64,000 nucleotides of DNA from NCBI GenBank assembly GCA_023819145.1, contig JAMWCW010000001.1, forward strand, positions 66,400-130,399. The letters run 5' to 3'. Positions 42,101-50,758 of this stretch are shown here, piece after piece. Below the pieces are notes generated by a model. The model worked only from the letters and a program-made list of their open reading frames with translations. It was not told the DNA's origin and did not search any database. Source of the stretch: Candidatus Omnitrophota bacterium. Its GTDB lineage: Bacteria; Omnitrophota; Gorgyraeia; DTHP01. The translations under genes and the position numbers were made by a program. Position 1 is the first letter of the stretch. Each line of letters opens with the position of its first letter.

Positions 42101-42295
42101 CGTTCGGAGTCCGCAAGTCTCTGGTCTCCTCTAGCGATTACCGTTATGGGAGGTTTGACAAGTTCTACTTTTTTGACCCTTTTTATTATTCCCAGCTTAT
42201 TCTTGATTTTTGAAGACATAAAGAAATTTATATTGGCAGTTGTAATTGAAAGAAAGCCTTTGCTGAGTCTGAAACTTCTGCGAAGGACTACATAA
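39197..42295 (+). CDS. RND efflux permease (AcrB family), second paralogue
   Basis: GLALGIGMLVDNSVVVLDNI, VVFLPIVF, 12-TM repeat architecture, 1032 aa. Confidence 0.85.
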   Translation: MNLPKLSIHRPVTFTMVFWGIILVGIVSLQRLPVEMMPNVAFEDISIIIQIRGGIPPSDVEMLVTKPVEEAVGGVSHLREIISISEEGESRVVLRFEPGTNMDFAALEVREKFSRIVDKLPREIEKPVIAKYQKTDVPIVILAVTGIGYTPEILRRLVDEKIKERFQRLEGVANVEVVGGRERKILIEARQDDLQRYGIPLGRVLNILNLNNLNLLAGEIKRERDKFLIRTMGQYENISDIENLGVGVSHQGSVIRLRDVAFVKDSFLEPIDLARVDIQPVVSLYLQKESTANTVKVVESIKKEIEETRFIIPKDIVMKLTYNQAEAIRDAISAVKSSLFWGGILAIIVLFFFLWDLKSTLIIGISIPVSVIATFAFMFFAKLTLNVMTLSGLALGIGMLVDNSVVVLDNIFKKREVGLSQKKAAEEGSSEVTLAITASTLTTIVVFLPIVFVNKEIRLLYVGLSLTVVFSLLASLFVAISFIPLLGSRLVMRSYGRKIENVPRARRYFIKIKKFYRNALAKALHFRYAIVLVAFLLFIFALKMGKNLKTEFIGVTEQNEFTIHVQLPVGAKLDVSDKCVEQIERVAKELPEVRTISSRIERWSSKIYVRLYPLAQRARSTQEIINELRPRTEEIERYYDAFIYFEEPQEVGTREVFLDVFGYDYEVLKNLAIAMASKLQTVKGMTDVKIRMREGRPELRLFIDKEKAASFGLNIEDISTTIHGQMRGLRATYYHTEAKEVEIVVRLHEDDRRRFKDLHRLILTSRDGNSVYLNQIANFRFDIGPSEIWRKNKQRMVQVSGSRGSMSLKEAGEKIKEALKSVEFPKDYFYRFGGDYEKMLKNQKEFTFAIFLTLFLVYLVMACLFESYAQPLIIMMTVPLAAIGVVSIMRITDTSINIGALIGFMMLGGIVVNNAIVLIDFINLKLQNKKHKRYNLLKALIFAGEDRLRPILMTTITTLLGLTPMALDRSESASLWSPLAITVMGGLTSSTFLTLFIIPSLFLIFEDIKKFILAVVIERKPLLSLKLLRRTT

Positions 42296-42349
42296 TAAAT
42301 AACAATAGTTTAAATATATAACAATTTAGCAGTTTAACAATTTAAGACG

Positions 42350-43564
42350 ATGAGGCAAATTTTTCGCACACTCTTAACTGCGGTGTTTGTGCTTTTACTT
42401 TTTGTAATGGCTATTGCCTTATTTTATCTTGCTTCGGAAAAAAGAAAAATTACCAATCAATATAATAAAGACCGTGAATTGTGGACCATTAGAAATAACG
42501 CCTTACGGGAGAGCCTTAAGAAGAGTGAGGAAGATATCTTGAATTTAAAGAAAGAGTTGGAAGGTTTAAATGTTGAGTTAAAAAAGGCTAACGATGAATT
42601 AAGTGCATTGAGGTTGAGTTATGAAAATTTGAACAAAGAAAATCTTTCGCTCAATCAGAAAATCAATGTTTATTCGAGAGAAAGGGAAGGGCTTCTGCAA
42701 AAAATTGCACGTCTAGAACAGGATTTACGCATGGTTCAAAACACAAAAGCCCCACAAGAGGAATCTTGGGCGACTCTTTTGAAAGAAAAGGTTGATTTAC
42801 AGATGCGCATAAATGAGGTAGAAGAAAAACTTAAAAATAACCGTTTATTGATTACCCAATTGGAGACAGAACGGAGGAAGTTGGGAGAGCGTTTAAGCGG
42901 GGTTCAACTGGATAAGATTGGCATAGAGAAGAATCTTGGAAGTGGTGGGACTACCAAATCAACTTCTCCCCGTGATATATTGAAGGCAAATTTAGAAAAA
43001 GAAAATATGGAGCAGAAGTTAGCAGACTTGGCAATAGAGAAGGATAATTTGGAAGAGCGGATTATTTCCTTAAAAGAAGAAGTAGATAAAGCCGATGCAG
43101 AGAGAGATGTCCTTAATACCCAGATAGAACGTATAAATCAATTATTGGAAGAGAAGTTAAGCCAGATAAATAAAGTAAGAGAAGAATTGGAAAGTGCGCT
43201 TAAGGAAGCAAAACGCATAGCTCTTGCAGGAACTTCTCCTGTAGAACTCCCTCCGGTGGTAGTAAAGAAAGGAATAGCAGAAGGGACTCAGAAATTACCT
43301 CCGCCACCACGCATTCCTCCTCCCAGAACCGAACAGGCGAATATAGTTTTAGTTAACGAAAAATACAATTTCGTGATTATAAATGTGGGTAAAAGCGAAG
43401 GGGTTGTAGAAGGTATGCTTTTTGACCTCTATGAAAATAAAGAGAACATTGGGCAGATAAAGATAAAAGAAGTCAGAGAAAGACTTTCTGCAGGTGAGAT
43501 TGTAGAATTGAAAAAAGGTAAGAGCATAAAATCTGAAACCACTCTGGCAATATACTCTCCTTGA
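42350..43564 (+). CDS. membrane-anchored coiled-coil protein with C-terminal beta-domain shared with the TolC-like protein
   Basis: N-terminal TM LLTAVFVLLLFVMAIALFYL; about 250 aa heptad-rich coiled coil; proline-rich linker; C-terminal NFVIINVGKSEGVVEGMLFDLYE...GQIKIKEV parallels GFAIINLGQDQGVREGAELWVYR...VGVLKV of the 31923 gene. Confidence 0.4.
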   Translation: MRQIFRTLLTAVFVLLLFVMAIALFYLASEKRKITNQYNKDRELWTIRNNALRESLKKSEEDILNLKKELEGLNVELKKANDELSALRLSYENLNKENLSLNQKINVYSREREGLLQKIARLEQDLRMVQNTKAPQEESWATLLKEKVDLQMRINEVEEKLKNNRLLITQLETERRKLGERLSGVQLDKIGIEKNLGSGGTTKSTSPRDILKANLEKENMEQKLADLAIEKDNLEERIISLKEEVDKADAERDVLNTQIERINQLLEEKLSQINKVREELESALKEAKRIALAGTSPVELPPVVVKKGIAEGTQKLPPPPRIPPPRTEQANIVLVNEKYNFVIINVGKSEGVVEGMLFDLYENKENIGQIKIKEVRERLSAGEIVELKKGKSIKSETTLAIYSP

Positions 43565-43700
43565 TATTCTCTTCTGTAACCCGAAATAATGCAAAGAGTT
43601 ATATTTTCTTGCTATTATACGCGTTTTTAATCTAATAAAATTTTTGCAATCAATTTCTTCATCTACCGTTATAAATTTGGAGCACAATTACAATAATTAC

Positions 43701-43747
43701 TTGACAAATATAGAAATTTCAAGATAATCCCTTTTAAGGAAGGGATA
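43701..43747 (+). promoter_or_regulatory. promoter TTGACA -16- GATAAT overlapped by 20-bp perfect palindrome ATCCCTTttaaggAAGGGAT (candidate operator)
   Basis: TTGACA 43701-43706, GATAAT 43723-43728; palindrome 43727-43747 read directly; upstream of mscS-like gene. Confidence 0.4.
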
Positions 43748-43824
43748 ATTTATTAGAATAAGCTGTTGTAAAGAATAGTAATACTGTTTCCACCAGATGT
43801 TTTCTTTTGGTTTAGTAAAGGGAG

Positions 43825-44865
43825 GTGATTATTTTGCAGAAGACATATGAGGTTTTATTGCCGGTAGTTATTTTCTTTTTTATCTTTATTCTTGGTTACA
43901 TCGTCAGGAAGTTAATCTTAAATAGATTGACCAAGTGGACAGAAAAGACCAGAACCAGCATCGATGATATTATCGTTTCTTCTATTAAAGGGCCGTTTAT
44001 TATCTGGTGCATTATGTTGGCAGTTTATTCAGCGTTCAAATTTTCTCATTTCTCAGACGAGGTAGTAACTTTTATCGGTAAGGCGCTTCTTTCTTTAGGG
44101 ATTTTATCAGTAACGCTGGTTATCGCAGGTATTGCGACGCGGATAATTAAGCAATATTCTTCAGAAAAAGAAGGAGGATTACCTCTTCCTTCACTTACAG
44201 AGAATATTGTGCGGATAGTAATCTTAGGGATAGGCATACTTGTAATATTGAACAATCTTGGGATATCGATTACCCCGCTTCTTACTGCTTTGGGTATTGG
44301 GGGGCTCGCAGTTGCTTTAGCGCTTCAGGACACACTTTCCAATCTCTTTGCGGGATTTTACATTTCTTTTACTCACCAGATTAGCGTTGGAGATTTTGTA
44401 AAATTGGAATCAGGTGATGAGGGTTATGTCTTAGATATTGGCTGGCGTGCCACAAGAATAAGAATGCTACCCAATAATGTAATTATTATTCCCAATAGTA
44501 AACTGGCGCAGTCTATAATTACCAATTATTATCTTCCGGATAAAGAAATGGCAGTGTTAGTTCCTGTAGGTGTGCATTATAGTAGCGACTTAGATAAGGT
44601 AGAAGAGATAACTATTGAAGTAGCCAAGGAGGTAATGCGTGAAGTAGAGGGAGGGGTTCCAGAGTTTGAACCTTTTATAAGGTATCATACTTTTAATGAT
44701 TTCAGTATAAATTTCAATGTAATCTTAAGAACAAAAGAGGTTGTAAATCAGCATTTAATTAGACATGAATTTATTAAAAGATTGCACAAACGATATAAAA
44801 AAGAGAAAATTGTAATTCCCTATCCCATAAGGGCAATAAATTACGAACAGGAAAAAACAGGGTAA
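43825..44865 (+). CDS. small-conductance mechanosensitive channel (MscS family)
   Basis: Three N-terminal TMs, signature ALQDTLSNLFAGFYISFTHQISVGDFVKL and beta-domain; GTG/TTG start inside or just after RBS gggaggtg, start uncertain by about 9 nt. Confidence 0.8.
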   Translation: MIILQKTYEVLLPVVIFFFIFILGYIVRKLILNRLTKWTEKTRTSIDDIIVSSIKGPFIIWCIMLAVYSAFKFSHFSDEVVTFIGKALLSLGILSVTLVIAGIATRIIKQYSSEKEGGLPLPSLTENIVRIVILGIGILVILNNLGISITPLLTALGIGGLAVALALQDTLSNLFAGFYISFTHQISVGDFVKLESGDEGYVLDIGWRATRIRMLPNNVIIIPNSKLAQSIITNYYLPDKEMAVLVPVGVHYSSDLDKVEEITIEVAKEVMREVEGGVPEFEPFIRYHTFNDFSINFNVILRTKEVVNQHLIRHEFIKRLHKRYKKEKIVIPYPIRAINYEQEKTG

Positions 44866-44882
44866 TAAGGAAAGAAAACATT

Positions 44883-46358
44883 ATGTGGACAAAAGAGAGT
44901 TTAGAAGAGTTGATTAAGACGCGACTGGAAGATTATCTTTTGATTGTAGTTTCTAATCGTGAACCCTATGTGCATACTCTGAAAAAAGGAAAAGTTGTTT
45001 GTCAGAAAGGTGCCGGAGGAGTGATCACTGCTTTAGACCCCGTCATGCGGACATGTAAAGGAATCTGGATTGCCCAAGCCTCTGGTGAAGCCGATAGGAA
45101 AGTAGCCGATAGAGAAGGGAAAGTTAAAGTTCCTCCCGAAGAACCTTTGTATGAATTAAAAAGAGTCTGGTTAAGCAAGGAAGAAGATGAGGGATATTAT
45201 TATGGTTTTTCTAATGAAGCCCTCTGGCCCCTTTGCCATATGGCTTTTATCCGACCTATCTTTAGAGAATCAGATTGGGAGTATTACAAGAAAGTTAATG
45301 AGAAATTTGCCAAAGCAGTACTTGAAGAGACAAAGGGTAAAAAAGCATTTGTTTGGATTCAGGATTATCATCTGGCACTTTTACCTAAATATCTTAAAGA
45401 GGCGCAGTCTAACATTATTACAGCACACTTCTGGCATATCCCTTGGCCCGGTCCTGATGTTTTTAGAATTGCTCCTCACCGTCAGGAGATATTAGAGGGA
45501 CTGCTTGCCAATGACCTCCTCGGTTTCCATATTCGTTATAATTGCGATAATTTCTTGGGTTGTGTAGATAGAGAGCTGGAAGCAAAGATTGACCGTGAAA
45601 GATATTCGGTAATTAAAGGTGGACACGAAACCCTTATAAGACCTTATCCCATAAGCGTAGATTTTCTTGATATTGCCCGAAAAGCTGATTTCCAAGAAGT
45701 GCAGGAACTAATAGGACAACTGCGGGAAGAATTTTCACTTAATTATGAGTTTGTCTGTTTGGGACTTGATCGGATAGATTATACAAAAGGGATTCCTGAA
45801 AGATTACAAGCGGTGGGAAGATTTCTGGATAAATATCCCCAGTATCGGGAAAGGTTTGTCTTTATACAAATGGGAGAAATTTCCCGTTTGCATATTCCCC
45901 AATATAAGCTCCTGAATGATGAACTTAATGCTTTGGTAGAGAAGATAAACTGGAAATATGCTACTGAATATTGGTCACCTATCGTTTTAGTAAGAAGACA
46001 TTTAAGCTATCCGGAACTGCTCGCTTTTTATCGTTTAGGTAACCTCTGTATTGTTTCCTCCTTGCATGATGGGATGAATTTAGTTTCTAAGGAATTTGTA
46101 TCCGCAAGAGTTGATTTGGATGGGGTTTTACTCTTAAGTCAATTTACGGGAGCAGCCAGAGAACTTACAGATAGTATTTTAATCAATCCCTACGATACCG
46201 AAGAATTTGCCGATAAAATCTATCAAGCAGTTAATTTATCTCGGGAGGAGAGAGAAAAAAGAATGTTAAAGATGCGTAAAATTGTAGAGTTTAATAATAT
46301 CTATCGCTGGGCAGGGAAAGTGATTTCTGAACTTTTAAAATTTGAGTTTAAGGAATGA
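44883..46358 (+). CDS. otsA: alpha,alpha-trehalose-phosphate synthase (GT20)
   Basis: GFSNEALWPLCH, FWHIPWP, GFHIRYNCDNF, GLDRIDYTKGI, SSLHDGMNLVSKEF are classic OtsA motifs. Confidence 0.85.
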   Translation: MWTKESLEELIKTRLEDYLLIVVSNREPYVHTLKKGKVVCQKGAGGVITALDPVMRTCKGIWIAQASGEADRKVADREGKVKVPPEEPLYELKRVWLSKEEDEGYYYGFSNEALWPLCHMAFIRPIFRESDWEYYKKVNEKFAKAVLEETKGKKAFVWIQDYHLALLPKYLKEAQSNIITAHFWHIPWPGPDVFRIAPHRQEILEGLLANDLLGFHIRYNCDNFLGCVDRELEAKIDRERYSVIKGGHETLIRPYPISVDFLDIARKADFQEVQELIGQLREEFSLNYEFVCLGLDRIDYTKGIPERLQAVGRFLDKYPQYRERFVFIQMGEISRLHIPQYKLLNDELNALVEKINWKYATEYWSPIVLVRRHLSYPELLAFYRLGNLCIVSSLHDGMNLVSKEFVSARVDLDGVLLLSQFTGAARELTDSILINPYDTEEFADKIYQAVNLSREEREKRMLKMRKIVEFNNIYRWAGKVISELLKFEFKE

Positions 46359-47131
46359 AACATTTGGTTAGACACTGGGAAGAGATAAGAGGGATAATAA
46401 AGGACAAAAAGGTTTTTATTTTTCTTGACTACGACGGCACGCTTGCTCCTATTGTAAATACTCCTCAAGAAGCAAAATTGTCTTTGGAAATCAGGGCATC
46501 GCTCCTTAAATTAGTTAAAAAATCCAATTTTAGTCTGGCGGTTATTAGCGGAAGAGAATTGAGGGAAATAAAACAGAGAGTGAATATAAAAGGAATAGTT
46601 TATGCCGGGAATCACGGATTAGAGATAGAAGGGAAGGGAGTAAATTTTAAAGGTTTGGTTTCAGATGATTACCGAAAACTCTTGAAAGAGATTAAGCGGC
46701 GTTTATTAAAAATATTTGCCTCTTTTAAAGGGGTAATAGTTGAAGATAAAGGATTGAGTATAAGTATCCATTATCGCCTTGCAGAGAAGAGTAGAATACC
46801 TTTAATAAAGAAAGAAATTGAGCGGGTTGTAAAGCGATTAAAGGCAAGAAGGAATGTAGAGTTAAAAGAAGGGAAGATGGTTAAAGAGATAATGCCAAAG
46901 GTTAAATGGGATAAAGGCAAGGCAGTTAAGTGGATTCTTGCTAATAAAAAGGGTAATTACTTTCCGATTTATATTGGCGATGATAAAACCGACGAAGATG
47001 CTTTTCGGGTAGTTAGAAAAAAGGGAATTTCTATTTATGTAGGAAAGCCCAAAAGGAGTTTTGCGGAGTATTTTCTATACGATACCCAAGAAGTAAATAA
47101 ATTTTTGAATAAACTTTTATGGTTGAACTAA
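46355..47131 (+). CDS. otsB: trehalose-6-phosphate phosphatase (HAD family)
   Basis: FLDYDGTLAPIV (HAD motif I), GDDKTDEDAF (motif IV); 4-nt overlap with otsA. Confidence 0.8.
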   Translation: MKHLVRHWEEIRGIIKDKKVFIFLDYDGTLAPIVNTPQEAKLSLEIRASLLKLVKKSNFSLAVISGRELREIKQRVNIKGIVYAGNHGLEIEGKGVNFKGLVSDDYRKLLKEIKRRLLKIFASFKGVIVEDKGLSISIHYRLAEKSRIPLIKKEIERVVKRLKARRNVELKEGKMVKEIMPKVKWDKGKAVKWILANKKGNYFPIYIGDDKTDEDAFRVVRKKGISIYVGKPKRSFAEYFLYDTQEVNKFLNKLLWLN

Positions 47132-47790
47132 CGAGAGCAAAAGAACCATTTAGATTCTATACACGTTTGCATCTGACGGAACTTACTGGTTTTAGGGCGG
47201 TGAACCTTTCACAATTATTAGAGTTGATTAAAGAAATCCCAGGTTCTGCTATCTATCATCATACCCATAGATTCCTGCAACAACATCTTTATCTCTCTCC
47301 CGAACCACCTAATGATTTTGCATACTGGGTGAGAGAATTTCTGGGAGAGGATGAATTAGGAGAAAAACTTGCGAGCATCGATACCTTAGAATTTTCTACC
47401 ATCCGTGCTTTAAGAGAGAAGATAATAGAAATGGTTGAAGTTTATCTTAAGGAGAAACCACGTGCAAGATTGAAGTTTGCTAATGAGGGAGAAGAATTTC
47501 ATTTTGTTAAATCCGTAAGTTTCATCCTCCCTACTCCTTACATTGCCTATGACCTTAAAGAATTTGTAGAAATTATAAAGAAAATTACTATAGATTCCAT
47601 ATACTTTCATATTTTTGAAGCACGTTTACGTCTGGAGAAGGGCAGAAACGATTTTTCTTACTGGATAGAGACCTCGTTGGGAGATAGAGAATTAGCTGAA
47701 GAGATTTCTCAATTTGATCCTTATACAAGGACTCTTGAAGAATTAAGAAAAACTCTCATAAGGATAATTGAAAAGAGAATTAAAATTTAG
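47119..47790 (+). CDS. hypothetical protein with internal tandem duplication
   Basis: NDFAYWVREFLGEDELGEKLASID...IRALREKIIEMVE repeated as NDFSYWIETSLGDRELAEEISQFD...LEELRKTLIRIIE; overlaps otsB stop. Confidence 0.35.
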   Translation: MVELTRAKEPFRFYTRLHLTELTGFRAVNLSQLLELIKEIPGSAIYHHTHRFLQQHLYLSPEPPNDFAYWVREFLGEDELGEKLASIDTLEFSTIRALREKIIEMVEVYLKEKPRARLKFANEGEEFHFVKSVSFILPTPYIAYDLKEFVEIIKKITIDSIYFHIFEARLRLEKGRNDFSYWIETSLGDRELAEEISQFDPYTRTLEELRKTLIRIIEKRIKI

Positions 47791-47807
47791 AGTTTAGTAT
47801 TTTATAA

Positions 47808-49025
47808 ATGGCAATGGAAAAATTAGAAGCATATATTCCTATTGTGGGAGAATCGGTAATCAATGACCTGCGTCTTCTTGCCAAAAGTCTTAAAGGGAGA
47901 GTTATCCAGAACATAAATTCTACTGCTGTTGGAGGAGGAGTAGCAGAAATTTTAACGCGGATGGTACCTCTTTTGAAGGAGCTCGGCATAGATGCACGAT
48001 GGGATTTAATAAAAGGAGGAGAAGATTTTTTTACCGTAACCAAGAAATTTCACAATGTCTTGCATGGAAGAAAAGAAGAGGTTACCGACAGAGATTTTGA
48101 GATTTTCCTTAAGACAAGTGAAGAAAACATTAAAGAGGTTAATATTGATGGAGACATTATCTTTATTCACGACCCTCAGCCAATTGCCTTGGTAGAGAAG
48201 AAAGGAAATAATAAGTGGCTTTGGCGTTGTCATATTGATGTCTCGCGCCCTGACCTTAAAGTCTGGGATTTTTTAAAAAGATATATTGTAAATTATGACG
48301 CCTGTATTTTTTCTGCTCCTGCTTTTTCCCAGCCTTTGCCTATACGACAATTTCTCATTGCACCCTCTATTGATCCTTTAAGCGATAAAAATAAGGATTT
48401 GCCTCAAGAAATAATTGATTCGGTTCTGAGAAAATATAACATTCCTCAGGATAAGCCGATAATTACCCAGATTTCTCGTTTCGACCGTTTAAAAGACCCT
48501 TTGGGAGTTATTGAGGCATATAGACTGGTTAAAAAATATAATGAGTGTAGACTTATTTTAGCCGGAGGTTTGGCTACCGATGATCCGGAAGGATTGAAAG
48601 TTTATGATGAGCTAAAAGAAAAAGCAGGCAAAGACCCATGTATCCATATTTTGCTTTTGCCTCATTCGGATATCACGGTGAACGCTCTACAAAGGGCTTC
48701 TGACATAATTATTCAAAAATCTCTCCGGGAAGGATTTGGTTTAACAGTAGCCGAGGCGCTTTGGAAAGCAAAGCCAACAGTTGCTTCAGCGGTAGGAGGT
48801 ATTCCTTTACAGATTAAACATAAATATTCTGGTCTTTTGTGCCATTCTGTAGAAGGTGCAGCTTTTGCTCTGAAACAACTATTGAATAGTCCTGATTATG
48901 CAAAGAAACTGGGAGAAAATGGGAAGGAGCATATAAGACAGAATTTTCTTTTGACTCGTCATCTACGCGACTATATGTTGCTTTTTCTTTCGCTTTATCA
49001 TCAGGAAGACATCGTTTATCTTTAA
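47808..49025 (+). CDS. GT4-family glycosyltransferase (candidate trehalose/glucosylglycerate-type synthase)
   Basis: EGFGLTVAEALWKAKPTVASAVGGIPLQI is the GT-B/GT4 E-x7-E region; location beside otsAB suggests compatible-solute synthesis. Confidence 0.65.
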   Translation: MAMEKLEAYIPIVGESVINDLRLLAKSLKGRVIQNINSTAVGGGVAEILTRMVPLLKELGIDARWDLIKGGEDFFTVTKKFHNVLHGRKEEVTDRDFEIFLKTSEENIKEVNIDGDIIFIHDPQPIALVEKKGNNKWLWRCHIDVSRPDLKVWDFLKRYIVNYDACIFSAPAFSQPLPIRQFLIAPSIDPLSDKNKDLPQEIIDSVLRKYNIPQDKPIITQISRFDRLKDPLGVIEAYRLVKKYNECRLILAGGLATDDPEGLKVYDELKEKAGKDPCIHILLLPHSDITVNALQRASDIIIQKSLREGFGLTVAEALWKAKPTVASAVGGIPLQIKHKYSGLLCHSVEGAAFALKQLLNSPDYAKKLGENGKEHIRQNFLLTRHLRDYMLLFLSLYHQEDIVYL

Positions 49026-49152
49026 AAATTACACTCATCGGTAAAAAATCGGTTTTTTCGTAATTGTTTAGCAAAGTTTATTAGGCAATAACCAATAGGA
49101 CTAAGCTAACATGCTAAACAAACGAACGTACTTATAAAATTTATAATTTTTC

Positions 49153-49180
49153 TTGACATATACATAAAATTATTGATAAT
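49153..49180 (+). promoter_or_regulatory. candidate promoter TTGACA -16- tGATAAT
   Basis: TTGACA 49153-49158, GATAAT 49175-49180. Confidence 0.3.
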
Positions 49181-49206
49181 TAATACTGCCCAAGAAAGGA
49201 GGAGAG

Positions 49207-49659
49207 ATGAAGAATTGTATAATGCTGATAGTGGTAGCTGGTTTTTTATTCTCAGGTTGTGCCACCTCTTCTAAACAAATGGATTTAGAAACGCAGAGAT
49301 TACGGACCCAGATTGGAACACTTGAACAACAGCTTAAAGATAGTGAGAAAGAAATCGAAATTTTGGAGATCCAGTTAGAAAGAGAGAGACAGACGCGAAG
49401 AAATTTAGAAAGGCAGATATTAGCGGAGAAGTCAAAGTTAGCGGATTTTCAGACTTTACCCCGACCTTCGGTGAGAAATATTCAAGAGGCATTACGCAAA
49501 GCAGGTTTTTATGATGGGGCGGTGGATGGGAAATTGGGCCCTAAGACCAAAGAGGCGATTAAGAATTTTCAGAGAAGTAGAGGATTGCAAGTAGATGGCA
49601 TCGTAGGGAAAGCAACTTGGAGAGAATTAGCAAAATATTTAACTGATAAACAGAAATAA
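49207..49659 (+). CDS. lipoprotein with C-terminal peptidoglycan-binding (PG_binding_1-like) domain and N-terminal coiled coil
   Basis: Lipobox LFSGCA; LRKAGFYDGAVDGKLGPKTKEAIKNFQRSRGLQVDGIVGKATW matches PG-binding domain consensus; RBS aaaggagga. Confidence 0.6.
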   Translation: MKNCIMLIVVAGFLFSGCATSSKQMDLETQRLRTQIGTLEQQLKDSEKEIEILEIQLERERQTRRNLERQILAEKSKLADFQTLPRPSVRNIQEALRKAGFYDGAVDGKLGPKTKEAIKNFQRSRGLQVDGIVGKATWRELAKYLTDKQK

Positions 49660-49744
49660 CCCCCTGTTATTCCTTTCTATCATCCTTCCATTTTAATTGC
49701 TAAGAGCACTCTCTTTTGTTATATTATTTTTCGCAAAAAGGCAA

Positions 49745-50758
49745 ATGAAAACTAAGCTCTTCAAGATAAACCCTCGTAAGATAGAAATTGATAAAATTAG
49801 AAAAGCAGCCCAGATAATAAAAAAAGGAGGTCTGGTTGCTTTTCCTACAGAGACTGTTTATGGTTTGGGTGCGGATGCTTTTAATAAGCAAGCGATAACC
49901 AAAATTTTTAGAGTAAAGAAACGTCCTTTTAATGACCCGCTGATCGTGCATATTGCAGATAAAAAAGATGTTTTTAAAGTTGCTGATAAAATAGATAAAA
50001 CAGTCTGTAAGATTATAGAGCAATTCTGGCCGGGGCCATTAACGGTAATTTTAAAGAAAGCCAAAGATATTCCCAAAATAGCCACTGCAAACTTAGAGAC
50101 AATAGCTATAAGAATGCCTGCTCATTCAGTTGCTTTGAGTTTGATAAAAGAAGCAAAGACTCCTCTAGTTGCTCCCAGCGCTAATCTCTTTGGAAAGCTT
50201 TCACCTACAACAGCAGAAGATGTTTTGGAAGATTTGAGAGGGAAAATAGACTTAGTCCTTGATGCGGGAAAAACGGTTGTGGGGATAGAGTCCACTATTT
50301 TAGACCTCACGCGGCGACCTTTTTCCGTATTACGTTTCGGAGGAGTTTCTTTAGAAGAACTTAAAAGAGTAATTCCTGAATTTAGGTTGTATAAAGAAAA
50401 AGAGATTCTTGCTCCGGGGATGTTTATACGCCATTATTCCCCTCGGGCAAAGTTGATTGTGGTAGAGGAAGGCAAAGGACAAATAGGGAAGGTTAAGAAA
50501 ATGGTTTATAAATTTTTGCGGGAAAGGAAGAAAGTAGGGATAATGGCGAAGGCAGAACACCGGTCTCAATATCGCAACTTTAAAGTAAAATTTCTGGGAA
50601 GAGGCAATGATTTTTCTTCCTGCGCAAGCAATCTTTTTGCTCTATTGCGTGAGTTTGATAGAGAGAAATTTGAGATAATTATTGCCGAAGGCGTTAAAGA
50701 AAAGGGTTTGGGCAGGGCAATTATGGAGAGATTAAGAAAGGCTCAAGGAGATGGTTAA
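49745..50758 (+). CDS. tsaC: L-threonylcarbamoyladenylate synthase (TsaC/Sua5, YrdC plus Sua5 domains)
   Basis: GGLVAFPTETVYGLGADAFN, KxR...PLIVHI motifs of YrdC; C-terminal Sua5 extension; start at internal ATG 49745 more plausible than the ORF-track start 49697. Confidence 0.8.
   Translation: MKTKLFKINPRKIEIDKIRKAAQIIKKGGLVAFPTETVYGLGADAFNKQAITKIFRVKKRPFNDPLIVHIADKKDVFKVADKIDKTVCKIIEQFWPGPLTVILKKAKDIPKIATANLETIAIRMPAHSVALSLIKEAKTPLVAPSANLFGKLSPTTAEDVLEDLRGKIDLVLDAGKTVVGIESTILDLTRRPFSVLRFGGVSLEELKRVIPEFRLYKEKEILAPGMFIRHYSPRAKLIVVEEGKGQIGKVKKMVYKFLRERKKVGIMAKAEHRSQYRNFKVKFLGRGNDFSSCASNLFALLREFDREKFEIIIAEGVKEKGLGRAIMERLRKAQGDG

Noticed and set aside
45187-45495. Plus-strand alternative-frame ORF inside otsA (also 16805-17002 inside PEPS-C, 25473-25655 inside the giant gene, 51639-51893 inside the SpeE-fusion gene)
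   Set aside because: They overlap confidently identified genes in another frame and have no supporting motifs.
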